Shown: positions 20,888 to 30,150 of the stretch, in pieces
Numbering within the stretch: the first letter of the stretch is position 1
Layout of the letters: each line of letters begins with the position of its first letter
Source: an uncultured virus (IMG/VR IMGVR_UViG_3300030419_004303)
Lineage: Duplodnaviria; Heunggongvirae; Uroviricota; Caudoviricetes
IMG/VR virus record: IMGVR_UViG_3300030419_004303
Strand: one strand, 5' to 3'
DNA: 64,000 nucleotides
Translations under genes and position numbers: made by a program
The notes under the pieces: model-generated
What the model was told of the DNA's origin: nothing
Seen by the model: the letters and a program-made list of their open reading frames with translations, nothing else
The model's database searches: none

Positions 20888-21961
20888 TTAGTCAATAATA
20901 CCCATACGTCTCAGCCGCCTTCCCGCCTTTTTCCATTTTTTGCGGGATTTTCTCGCTAATTTTTTTGCTGCTTTTTTAGCTTCTTTTTGCTCCTCAGCAG
21001 TGGGCTCGTATCCCTTATGTGGGTCAGGGAAATATTTTCTTTCTTCTTGCTCCCTCTTAGCTGCAGTTGGATCTTTCCAAAATGCTTCATTTGCCCGACG
21101 CTCTGCATCCTCTTTCCACGCTGCGGTAGCTTTAGGATACTTCTGCATTATTTGTGCAAGTATTCCTTTTGGCTTTTCCATAGGAGGTAACTCAGTAGCT
21201 CCTCCCATACCTTGGCCTCTATAAGATTGAGAAAGAGGTTGGCCTGGTAAAGGGACACCGTCCGCCCCAGGAGTGGGTATGCCTTCCCACTCACCCTCTT
21301 GACCCTCACGTAGATATTTTAATGTTAATGGGTCTCCTTCTGGAAGGGGGAGTTCAACCCCTTCGCTATCGGGAGTGTGTCCCATTAAGTAATCTCTAGT
21401 TATCTTGTCAGGCTGTGGTGCGTTATCAGGTGTCTGATTGTACTTAACATAGTTCTCTGTGATCTCATCAACAGGATCTTGTAGTCCCTCATGAACAGTC
21501 TTGGCATCTGAGAGAGGATCTTTAGCAGGTTCCTCAATACTCTTTACTTTAATAGGTTCTTCAGTGGCAATCCCTGGTCCTGCAGCAATAGCGTCACGCA
21601 CAACAGGGGACATGACACTATCAGTAATATTTTCAACTGGAGCTTCGGGAAGAGGTTCTGGACTTCCGACATTCTGCTCAGTAAGGCTATCTGAAATTCG
21701 ATCCAGTGCATCAGCCTCAGCTACTTCTGAAGGTCTAAGAGTAGCCTTCCCTAAACTTCTGCCAGTCCCTGCTGCTTTTGCAGCATCAGATCTTCTGTCT
21801 TTACCAACAGGTCGTCCAAACCCCCTAGTGCTCTTTGAGCCTGAAAGCGGAGAAGCTTTACCTCCGAAAAATCTATCTCTTTCTTTTTGTGAGCGTACTG
21901 CTGATGCAGCAATTGGTGTTCTCTTTTTTCTTGGTTTATATACTCTGGCCATGATGGCCAT
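20888..21961 (-). CDS. Hypothetical protein, basic termini and acidic Pro-rich middle
   Basis: 357-aa ORF between scaffold and capsid. Confidence 0.6.
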   Translation of the reverse strand: MAIMARVYKPRKKRTPIAASAVRSQKERDRFFGGKASPLSGSKSTRGFGRPVGKDRRSDAAKAAGTGRSLGKATLRPSEVAEADALDRISDSLTEQNVGSPEPLPEAPVENITDSVMSPVVRDAIAAGPGIATEEPIKVKSIEEPAKDPLSDAKTVHEGLQDPVDEITENYVKYNQTPDNAPQPDKITRDYLMGHTPDSEGVELPLPEGDPLTLKYLREGQEGEWEGIPTPGADGVPLPGQPLSQSYRGQGMGGATELPPMEKPKGILAQIMQKYPKATAAWKEDAERRANEAFWKDPTAAKREQEERKYFPDPHKGYEPTAEEQKEAKKAAKKLARKSRKKWKKAGRRLRRMGIID

Positions 21962-21990
21962 AAAATAAACTACATTATAGGTACATGCAA

Positions 21991-23178
21991 CTAACCTCCA
22001 AGAGCCGTTGCAATAGCTTGCTCAAAGCTCATATCAGAAGCACTTTGAGCAACAGTCCCACTGTCCGTAGCAGGAGTTCCAGACATTGTAGGCTCTGCCT
22101 CTTCATATTCAGATAGCTTGCTCATAAGAGCCTCTATTTCTTTTTGGGAAGAAAAATACTGGCGGACCACTTTTGGCAAAATCTCAGCAGCCACCGCCCC
22201 ATAAGCAAAATCAACAGGGTGAACAACAGTGGGATCCAAAGAAGAAGCCTTCTCCCGCACAGCCCCCATATCTAAGTCCTCAATACTCTGAAGGAACGGG
22301 AGCTTTTCACTCACACGCTGGACTACATTTTTAGTTACATTTTGACGAAGTTGCACTTTTTCAGCTAACTCCGCAGAAGTTCGTTGCTCTTCTAAGGCTT
22401 TTGCCTCATTAAGAGCAATATCAACATTCTCTATCATTTCCTGCCTCTGCTCCAAGATAGGGTCAATAGACTCAATAAGCCTATATACCTTTGCTTTATC
22501 CCTAGCAGACATTTCTGGGAAGTGTTGTTCCAGTGATGCATCCTGATCCTCGGCTTTCTCAAGAGCCATTATATCCACTAAAATATCACTCTTAACATCA
22601 TAATGATCGGCAATATCTGCGGCTTCCCCCATCAGTTCATTAATAGGTTCCGTAATAGTGGTTCTGTAAGCCTCGGTATTTTCAAGATCCGTAAAAGCTC
22701 TTTCCGTTTCATACTGCTGAAGTTGCTGTTGTAAAGACTCAATGTCCCTATTCTCCACCAAAGAAGACATTTCTTTTAACTGTGAAGATTGCTCTCTGGA
22801 TAACTGACGAAGTTCTTCAAGCTCAGAACGGCTTGTCTTCAGCTCAGACTTTAATTCTTTAAACCTATTGGCAGCTTTTGGAGTCCAGTCATCTCCTATG
22901 TTCTCTGTTAACTGCTCAAGGGGATCTTCTACCTCATCTTTAGGTTCCTCTTTAGGTTCCTCTTTAGGCTCCTCTTTAGGCTCCTCTTTAGGTTCCTCTT
23001 TAGGCTCCTCTTTAGGCGCTTCTGCCACAGGGGCTACAGCTTGAGGGCTAAGTGCCTGGTCAATAGCCTCCATAAAAGACTGATCCTCTGAAGAGGGCTC
23101 CGATGGGAGTGAATCTACATTAGAAGTTACCTCGGTAACAGGGGCTTCTACTGCTGCGGTGTCTGTATGTGCATCCAT
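21991..23178 (-). CDS. Capsid scaffolding protein
   Basis: Acidic disordered N-terminus, long coiled coil, position after the portal. Confidence 0.7.
   Translation of the reverse strand: MDAHTDTAAVEAPVTEVTSNVDSLPSEPSSEDQSFMEAIDQALSPQAVAPVAEAPKEEPKEEPKEEPKEEPKEEPKEEPKDEVEDPLEQLTENIGDDWTPKAANRFKELKSELKTSRSELEELRQLSREQSSQLKEMSSLVENRDIESLQQQLQQYETERAFTDLENTEAYRTTITEPINELMGEAADIADHYDVKSDILVDIMALEKAEDQDASLEQHFPEMSARDKAKVYRLIESIDPILEQRQEMIENVDIALNEAKALEEQRTSAELAEKVQLRQNVTKNVVQRVSEKLPFLQSIEDLDMGAVREKASSLDPTVVHPVDFAYGAVAAEILPKVVRQYFSSQKEIEALMSKLSEYEEAEPTMSGTPATDSGTVAQSASDMSFEQAIATALGG
22937..23016. repeat. 12-bp tandem repeat (about 6.7 copies) encoding EEPK
   Basis: tctttagg(t/c)tcc repeated. Confidence 0.95.
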
Positions 23179-23456
23179 TCTTCTAATTTCTGGTTAGCGT
23201 TAGTTGTATCTTTTAACTTTGTTAGTTTATGTAAATCATTAAAAGCATCTCGATACCCAGCATACCAGGCATGGCGTGTACTGTTAACTCCGTGCTCTGA
23301 GGTGACTGTCCCGAAGGTAGGTCCTGCGGATTCTTTAAGAGTCGCGGCCGCTTCTTGGAAAGTCTGTGATTCCAAGATCTTTCGCAACTCTTCAATCTTT
23401 TTAACATCTCTAAACCACCTGTCTAAAGGAACAGGTAAGGAAATCTTTTTTGGCAT
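23148..23456 (-). CDS. Small protein between portal and scaffold
   Basis: 102 aa with AWYAGYRDAF helix; typical podovirus-like position. Confidence 0.6.
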   Translation of the reverse strand: MPKKISLPVPLDRWFRDVKKIEELRKILESQTFQEAAATLKESAGPTFGTVTSEHGVNSTRHAWYAGYRDAFNDLHKLTKLKDTTNANQKLEEWMHIQTPQQ

Positions 23457-23458
23457 AC

Positions 23459-25675
23459 TTAGGCTTTTTCACGCATTTCTAAAGCATTTTTAGCGTCTCT
23501 TATAGCTTGGTCTTGCTCAAACTTGGCCTGTTTTATCCGCATGTCAAGCTCGGCCTTCTCCATTATTATCTGATTTTTAACTTCACTCTCACGTACCTTC
23601 GCAGCAAGGGCAGGATCCATTACCTCTCCTCCTTCAGGTGAAGGCTGCATCTCCGCTTGCTCCCGCTCCATCTTCTCAATCTGCTTAGAGGTATTGTAAA
23701 TCATCTCCTCCGCATAGTTCAATGCTTGCTTCGCTTGCCCCAATAACCCTTCCTGCTGAGGATCCCCAGCAAGCTGTTGGGCAGTCTGCGAAATATGCTG
23801 GTAAAATGCCTGTACCGAAGCTAAAGCTTGGACAGGATCAGTATTACCCATGTTTAATTGCTCAATAAGCTGCTCCAAAGCAGGTAAATGAACCTCCAAA
23901 TGCGTGGCGTGTAACTCATTCACAACAACAGGAACTTGAGCACCAGACATTAAATCCTGATTCTCAAAATATGCTATCTTAACATCCACGGTAGGTCTTT
24001 CCTGCAACTGCTGTGGAATATACCTATCCGCTAAATCATGGCCTACACGAGTAGATACTATATCACGGGTGAGGTTCTTACGACCCACCTCATCAAATGA
24101 ACCAGATATAGCCTGTAACTCACGTAAAGCAACCAACCGATTAGCATATGACCCATTGCCAATTGATCGGACAGCTTTTGTGCGCTCAACATCCAAAGTC
24201 TTGATAAATGACTCCTGAACCCCTCTCGCAGCACAACGTGCATAAAACTCCTGCGTCAATGGATCACGCTTCTTGTTGACCACTACCCTACGGACAACCT
24301 CTCTAAGTAAACGAGACCACGATGCATAGAACAAGTTTAATGAAGCACCAGATAAACGAGTCTGAACATCCATGTCAGCCACCACCTGCATCTGATTCCT
24401 GTACGGTGAACTCTGCTCAGACCCATAAGTGCTCACTGTATCAGTGTTCAAGGCTAACTGGTTAGTAATATCCGTTAAAGCAGGTTGCACTGCGGTACTT
24501 AAATTAGGTACAGCCTTCGGTATAATGTTCACATTAGGCGATAAAACTGCATACGCACCATAATAAGTGAAGCTTAACTCGTCCAAAGCACGTTGGTTCT
24601 CTGGCTGTACCATCACAGCAGACCCTAACATTGCACCATCAATCATCTGACAACGCAATCTGTTGCTCGTCTGAATATGATTAAAGATACGATGCCCCAA
24701 ACCCCGAACAGAATGGTAAGTCCCATTAGAACCCACACCATAAGTAAACATCACATAAGCCTGTTCAGGCTTGTCATAACGTGAGATCTTCTCATAAAGA
24801 AATTCTTTAGGCGCATCCTGAGCACAAATGTAATGGGAAACAGACCCGTCCATCTCCCGCACCCAAAAATGAAGAATTGATACCGTAGGATTCTGGTAAC
24901 CCTCATAAATATCATTGTTCTTCAATTCCCGCTGAACCAACTCCCAACTATCCGTTTCATTCCTCTGGTCAGCTTTCGCATTCTTCATGATAACACGCTT
25001 CACCTCCTCAACATCCCAGCCAACACGCTTCGCAGCCTTCTCATTCTTAATGAAATTAAATAACTCATGCAAATGATACTGCCTACGCCCAACCGCCACA
25101 TCAATTGACCCCTCATTAGCAGGAGTCTGACGAGGTATTAAAATGTCAGCAAAACTGCCCACCCTGAACTTCCAGTCATCAGGGGTGTCAAAATATGATA
25201 CGCCCGTGCCGTGTTTGACGAATGTAGTGCATAGCCGTAAATAACTACTGTGGAACTCAGGCCAGCTTCTCAACATATGAGTGATCTCCTCTGAGACAAT
25301 GTCCTCTTGAACCTTGATCTCGGATCTCTGACCCTCTGTACCACGTACTTCAACTAAGGTCTCCAATGAAGAATATAAATCCACATAGGCAGACAAGGAT
25401 ATATCCAGCAACCTCTGAGCCTCACCAAAATTTAAATTAGTCTTTAAACCCTGGCCACTTGTGTTTAACTGCGCTTGGCTATAAGGACTAGCTCCATCAA
25501 ACATTGCGTCAACACGGGCACGGTTGACCGACGATTTCTCATCGGCTTTACGCAAAGCCTCATAAATACCAATTGCACTCTTTACATCTTTAATGCGGGC
25601 CTTTACAGGTTTTCCTTTCTCATCCAGACTCCCCAACTCTTCAAGAGCATTAATTGAATATTTTTCTGTAGACAT
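23459..25675 (-). CDS. Portal protein
   Basis: 738 aa, helical, Gln-rich coiled-coil C-terminus, first large gene of the head block. Confidence 0.75.
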   Translation of the reverse strand: MSTEKYSINALEELGSLDEKGKPVKARIKDVKSAIGIYEALRKADEKSSVNRARVDAMFDGASPYSQAQLNTSGQGLKTNLNFGEAQRLLDISLSAYVDLYSSLETLVEVRGTEGQRSEIKVQEDIVSEEITHMLRSWPEFHSSYLRLCTTFVKHGTGVSYFDTPDDWKFRVGSFADILIPRQTPANEGSIDVAVGRRQYHLHELFNFIKNEKAAKRVGWDVEEVKRVIMKNAKADQRNETDSWELVQRELKNNDIYEGYQNPTVSILHFWVREMDGSVSHYICAQDAPKEFLYEKISRYDKPEQAYVMFTYGVGSNGTYHSVRGLGHRIFNHIQTSNRLRCQMIDGAMLGSAVMVQPENQRALDELSFTYYGAYAVLSPNVNIIPKAVPNLSTAVQPALTDITNQLALNTDTVSTYGSEQSSPYRNQMQVVADMDVQTRLSGASLNLFYASWSRLLREVVRRVVVNKKRDPLTQEFYARCAARGVQESFIKTLDVERTKAVRSIGNGSYANRLVALRELQAISGSFDEVGRKNLTRDIVSTRVGHDLADRYIPQQLQERPTVDVKIAYFENQDLMSGAQVPVVVNELHATHLEVHLPALEQLIEQLNMGNTDPVQALASVQAFYQHISQTAQQLAGDPQQEGLLGQAKQALNYAEEMIYNTSKQIEKMEREQAEMQPSPEGGEVMDPALAAKVRESEVKNQIIMEKAELDMRIKQAKFEQDQAIRDAKNALEMREKA

Positions 25676-25699
25676 GTGTAACTACAAAGTTAAGCCTTT

Positions 25700-26194
25700 T
25701 TATAGCTCAGGCAAGGCAGAATCCTCCCCCCACACTTGCTCCACCAAGGTTCGTACACGCAAGTTCTTACGAAAATTACTCCCACCATACAAAGTAACGT
25801 ATGCATGACCCTTCACCAAAAACTCACGAAGCTGATAACAACTGCCAGAATTCGGCCCCCGCTTCGGTGGATCAATACAATAAATAGCCCCATAATTAGT
25901 AATGACATAACGATCCCAGCCAGGAATGTCCTTGGTGTCATACATCGCATAAATGTCCTCCGCCTGATATATTTTCTCTGGTCCATGAAACATGTCCCTC
26001 GCTAACTTCTCAGTGTTAAAGGTCCATGGTTCACCGTCGTCGTTTCGGAGAGTAATATACAACTTCGTCCCAACTAGGGTGCGCTTTAGTTTTTTTAACT
26101 TCCCCTGCGGGTTGCGACGGTAAACAGTCCCCTCTTCGGTTATCTCGTAGGGAGCCGCCCCTTCGATTTTCAAGGTCTCAATTGTGTTTTCCAT
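25700..26194 (-). CDS. Tandem NUMOD4-like domain protein without HNH
   Basis: Two units of YxITxxGx(V/I)Y...Y(I/V)TL, including DIPGWDRYVITNYGAIY; no HNH motif. Confidence 0.6.
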   Translation of the reverse strand: MENTIETLKIEGAAPYEITEEGTVYRRNPQGKLKKLKRTLVGTKLYITLRNDDGEPWTFNTEKLARDMFHGPEKIYQAEDIYAMYDTKDIPGWDRYVITNYGAIYCIDPPKRGPNSGSCYQLREFLVKGHAYVTLYGGSNFRKNLRVRTLVEQVWGEDSALPEL

Positions 26195-26704
26195 GCTGGT
26201 ACCCCTACCCTATAAACTCTCTAGAGTAAGTTAAGTGGTTTAATATAATATGCAATAATATGCTGAACCGTCAAGGGAGAGTTTTCACATGGGGGTAAGT
26301 TTCACATTATGTTTCATACTGAAAGTAACTACCTAAAACCTGAAACAAAAACTTTCAGTGCAAACCTTGAAAGAAAGAGCCCTTCAAAGGGGGGAGGAAA
26401 AAACCAAAAATTTCTCCCCTAGACAAATACCCATTAATTTTTTCCTATATGGTATATATAAATATAGGGTTTGGTCCTGCAAAAAGGCCCGGCCCCTGGG
26501 TGGTGGTCATTTTGGATTTTCTGTTTTTCTGATTCATTAACCTTTGTTAATTATTCATGGATCAATAGTTTTCAGATTTGCAGAATTTTAGTTTTTGCTG
26601 ATTCTTTTCTATTAATGACTAAAAAAAGGCTATTTTTGAATAATGATAAAATAATAGCAGAATAATGTTGAATTAATGCAAAATGGCCATAAAATGTCCT
26701 TATC

Positions 26705-27067
26705 ATGTCAAATACTACAAAGGCTCCAAGAGCCACTAAAAAAGGGGATTCTTTGAAATCCATCGTATTCGTTGTTAGAACACAAAAGGGCAAGACTATC
26801 GAATGCCCTTTCATTGATCCAAAATTGCAAAAGTCTTATGATGACTTTCATTCGATTGCTTGTGATATTTTGGAAGATCCTAACAATAAATCAAAACTGT
26901 CTCAATCCTTTGGAACTCAAGACAGATTGTTAGTCGGTAAAGAAACTAAGGCTAGTGCTAAAGCTGGGTGGAATCCAAAGGTGATTGCATCAAGTAAGCT
27001 CTATTATGCTCTTAACACCTTGGTTAATTCCTTAGAGGAATTTAAGCCATTCTTAGCCACTAAGTAA
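26705..27067 (+). CDS. Hypothetical first early protein
   Basis: 120-aa basic ORF followed by a terminator-like hairpin. Confidence 0.65.
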   Translation: MSNTTKAPRATKKGDSLKSIVFVVRTQKGKTIECPFIDPKLQKSYDDFHSIACDILEDPNNKSKLSQSFGTQDRLLVGKETKASAKAGWNPKVIASSKLYYALNTLVNSLEEFKPFLATK

Positions 27068-27091
27068 CCTTAAACCCATATTAAACCCATC

Positions 27092-27122
27092 ACCCCTTGA
27101 GGCTAGTTCTCAAGGGGTTTTT
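27092..27122 (+). terminator. Terminator-like hairpin
   Basis: accccttgag/ctcaaggggt stem then tttt. Confidence 0.65.
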
Positions 27123-27139
27123 GGGTGTAAAGATCATGC

Positions 27140-27790
27140 TTTTAATACTTCATACGAATAACGCTAGCAAGGGGTTTAATATGCCTTGTTTAGGGTGTTC
27201 TACTGGTGAGGGTTCAACATTGCTTGTAAGGGGTTTATTCGCCTTGCAAGGGGTGGAAAGTTCAAAGAATTACGCAAGTGAGGAGGATCGCTATTTTAGC
27301 GGTTTTAACTTCTCTAAGGGTTTTGCTTTTCTAATCTTTACTTGTTTTTTTGATAACTTAGAAAACTAACCATTTTTCTAATTTTGAATCACTAGCGCAT
27401 AGAGGCGAGGTCTTTATGTGTTGCCACGTTTTGCGGGCAATATGTAAGGCTTCTTTTCTTGATGATATCTGCTAGCAAGTGGCGACTCATTCGTTGAGTA
27501 TCCCCATGAGGGATTCGGCCAAATAAATAAAATGACTTGGAAAGTGTACAAGTTTAGTGGTGTAAAATCACTAGGCCATAATACACAGTAAACTTGGAAT
27601 AGGGAACATATATGCATGAAGTGTGAACCATGATCCGGGAACAATGGATCGTTGTCTATGGATCATATCGCAGAATGTACGACCTAATGAAATCGTGAAG
27701 AGATTTACGAAAGCAGGACAATAATATTTATTCAAACCTGTGTACGCTCTGCAGCGCAGGGCGTATGCAGTATTGAGTGAAGATTACTAA
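27140..27790 (+). ncRNA. Candidate structured non-coding RNA region
   Basis: No credible ORF; many G-U-containing stems on the plus strand. Confidence 0.4.
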
Positions 27791-27811
27791 ACCAAAACAA
27801 ACTAAACTAAA

Positions 27812-28021
27812 ATGAAAGCTGGACCAAAACCTGGACGCTATGAAAATCCATCAAGTTATCCGATGCCGAGCATAGTGAGCCATCACAAACATTCAAGTCA
27901 CACGCCTAACAATTCCAGGCGAGTGCCGAAGTCAGAACTAGCAACTACTAGGCTAAAGGTTATAGACCTGTCACTTTTGCAAGAGATTGCAGCAGGGGCT
28001 AATGCCAAGCTAGGACATTAA
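27812..28021 (+). CDS. Hypothetical early protein
   Basis: A-rich leader before ATG, 69 aa. Confidence 0.45.
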   Translation: MKAGPKPGRYENPSSYPMPSIVSHHKHSSHTPNNSRRVPKSELATTRLKVIDLSLLQEIAAGANAKLGH

Positions 28022-28102
28022 ACTAAAAGAAAGGAAAACCATGAAAGCAGCAGAGCTATTAGATATAGGTGAAGGTGGGGATATCATCATATTTACTAAA
28101 AG

Positions 28103-28365
28103 TTAAGCCCTCAAGACTTCGATATTCGAGACTACTCAAGGGGATTGCCTTGGATATTGAAGTATTGAGGACTTAAAAAGTCCACTTTAGCTTTATGTAT
28201 AAAGAAAGCACTGTGCCCTTGCACAGACGTAAAGTGCTAGATCTTATTAGCAGTAAGACACCTAGCGATTGGACTGCATGGCAGTCCGAGAAGGGCGAGA
28301 CTCCCGTCGAGTCGAGCAAAACTAATGACACGTTCACAAGTCTAAAGAACTGTGAGGTGTTAGAT
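28103..28365 (+). ncRNA. Second candidate structured RNA block
   Basis: 28-bp imperfect stem 28103-28176 plus further hairpins. Confidence 0.45.
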
Positions 28366-28388
28366 CTAATAACAAAGAAAGGATAGTA

Positions 28389-28577
28389 ATGGAAGAAGCA
28401 ACTACCGAAATCCTACTAGTAATGGCAGGATGTCTGCTAATACTTTTCTTCTGGAATATTCGACTGAAGTGTCAAAAGGACAAGCTGAAGCGAGAATTGG
28501 CAGAGGAAATAAACCGCAACAAAACGCAACGCGCCCTGGATCAAGGGCATTGCAGCAACGGCCTAATGTTTAAATAG
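28389..28577 (+). CDS. Small membrane-anchored protein
   Basis: gaaagga RBS; one TM helix plus coiled coil. Confidence 0.55.
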   Translation: MEEATTEILLVMAGCLLILFFWNIRLKCQKDKLKRELAEEINRNKTQRALDQGHCSNGLMFK

Positions 28578-28578
28578 T

Positions 28579-28755
28579 ATGAACATTAAGCACCAACTTG
28601 CTCACCTAATTGAGGATGGGCATATTGACAATCTCAAGATTCAGATGGCAGCCCTATCGGGGACTGGTCTAGAAGATATCTGTGAGGAACTGAAAACCTT
28701 TGGTATCGAAGTTGATGCCGATGCTCTGGCTAACATTGCACCAGAGTTATTATAA
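28579..28755 (+). CDS. Hypothetical protein (58 aa, not in track)
   Basis: Read by hand: MNIKHQLAHLIEDGHIDNLKIQMAALSG...APELL; fills the gap between neighbours. Confidence 0.55.
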   Translation: MNIKHQLAHLIEDGHIDNLKIQMAALSGTGLEDICEELKTFGIEVDADALANIAPELL

Positions 28756-28790
28756 CAAACCAAGACCCCGCAAGGGGCATCATTAAAACA

Positions 28791-28985
28791 ATGAAGAAAG
28801 CAAACGAAGGGACACGTTCCCGGATCAAGAAAGCAACCTCTATGAAAGAGGTTAAGAAGTTACTCCGCAGTGCGGAGGAGGCTAATAACAGGCACGGCTA
28901 TGTATACGCTTGCCCTGGATATATGGGCAAGCTTCACACCCTTGCCCAAAAAGTAATGAAGCAATTGGAAGGAGGTAAAAAATGA
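28791..28985 (+). CDS. Hypothetical protein
   Basis: ATGA overlap with next gene. Confidence 0.6.
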   Translation: MKKANEGTRSRIKKATSMKEVKKLLRSAEEANNRHGYVYACPGYMGKLHTLAQKVMKQLEGGKK

Positions 28986-29425
28986 TATCACAAATTAGAG
29001 ATATTGAGGCGGGCCTGGAAAGGCTGCAAGAGCTTCTTGAAGATACCTACAAAGGGGAGGCTAACATATTCCCCGATGATGTGGAAATGCTTGATGACTT
29101 TAAAGGGTCACTTGCCCAGATTAGAGAGGCGTTAAACCTCCCCAGTTATATTGAAGAGGAGAGGAATAGGAGGACAATAACAGCAGGGCAGTATGTCACT
29201 CGAACGACTGACCAGTTTGTTGATGATTGGATTGGAGGCTTCTGGAAGAACTGCCACAGGCCAGCCCCTACAATGGAGGACGTTAAAGCCTGGGCCTTTG
29301 ATGAAGCTATTGAGGAATTAAATAGCGATGAAGTAGTTGGTAACTTCACCCCTCAAGTCACAGAAAACTATGACAACCTTGAGGAAATTAATGACGAGAT
29401 AAAAAGAAGGAGGAACAAAAAATGA
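28982..29425 (+). CDS. Hypothetical protein
   Basis: ggaggt RBS, coupled overlaps. Confidence 0.7.
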   Translation: MISQIRDIEAGLERLQELLEDTYKGEANIFPDDVEMLDDFKGSLAQIREALNLPSYIEEERNRRTITAGQYVTRTTDQFVDDWIGGFWKNCHRPAPTMEDVKAWAFDEAIEELNSDEVVGNFTPQVTENYDNLEEINDEIKRRRNKK

Positions 29426-29907
29426 AAGAGTATAAAGAAACTAAACATTTATATGACCGCTATAGATTGGAGTCGCAAGCTGAAGATCTACTAGAGAATA
29501 ATAAGGATGCTGTTCATATGTTACAGAACATCCTACGGGAGTATAAAGAAGGTATGGAACATAAGACAGTAGAGCTCAAGCAAAATATTGACGCTCTAAT
29601 CATGCAGCTAGAGGATACTATCCAGAAAGCTATCCCCTCAAATTGTCATGACTTCATAGAGGTGACCTGGCGAAAGCGAAACCAGACGGCCAGACGTGAT
29701 AATATGATCCACGTAGCCGAACATAAGGACGCCCGTTGGACTCTCTGTAGACAGTCATTGGATCATCCAGATATTCCTAGGTCTGGCCTTTTCAAAAGAG
29801 AAGAGGGCTTTGGTGCTAGTTCAATAAGATGCACAACTTGCATTGAAAGATCAGATGGATGGTTTCTTGAACCTGACGAGGAGGATGAGCTTACACAATT
29901 AGGATAA
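29422..29907 (+). CDS. Hypothetical protein with possible Zn-binding C-terminus
   Basis: aggagg RBS; H...TLC...CTTC pattern. Confidence 0.65.
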   Translation: MKEYKETKHLYDRYRLESQAEDLLENNKDAVHMLQNILREYKEGMEHKTVELKQNIDALIMQLEDTIQKAIPSNCHDFIEVTWRKRNQTARRDNMIHVAEHKDARWTLCRQSLDHPDIPRSGLFKREEGFGASSIRCTTCIERSDGWFLEPDEEDELTQLG

Positions 29908-30150
29908 ATGAGCATAAAAAATAATCCTAATAGTGTAAGGCTGGAAGGAATGGAAGCCTTAACCGATATGTTCTTGGACTATCTGATTGATTATCATTAT
30001 TATGATAGGACAGAAGAAACCCCTCTAAAGTACCAGCCTTATAGGTTGATTGAAGAACTATATGAGAGGGGCATACTTGAACGTGCGGAACTGGACTTCA
30101 AAAATGGATGGGTCTTCTATGTGAATGAACCTTTAGCATATAGGAAATAA
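29908..30150 (+). CDS. Hypothetical protein
   Basis: Abuts the upstream stop. Confidence 0.6.
   Translation: MSIKNNPNSVRLEGMEALTDMFLDYLIDYHYYDRTEETPLKYQPYRLIEELYERGILERAELDFKNGWVFYVNEPLAYRK

Noticed and set aside
22937..23016. Phase-variable repeat
   Set aside because: The 12-bp unit keeps the frame; ordinary linker length variation.
27097..27644. ORFs 27097..27369 and 27414..27644
   Set aside because: Start within a hairpin or run antisense; atypical composition.
28255..28320. Canonical tRNA gene
   Set aside because: No D arm, 7-bp acceptor stem or 7-nt anticodon loop; kept only as a tRNA-like candidate.
28195..28386. 63-aa ORF
   Set aside because: No RBS and it lies over dense hairpins; more likely non-coding, though not excluded.
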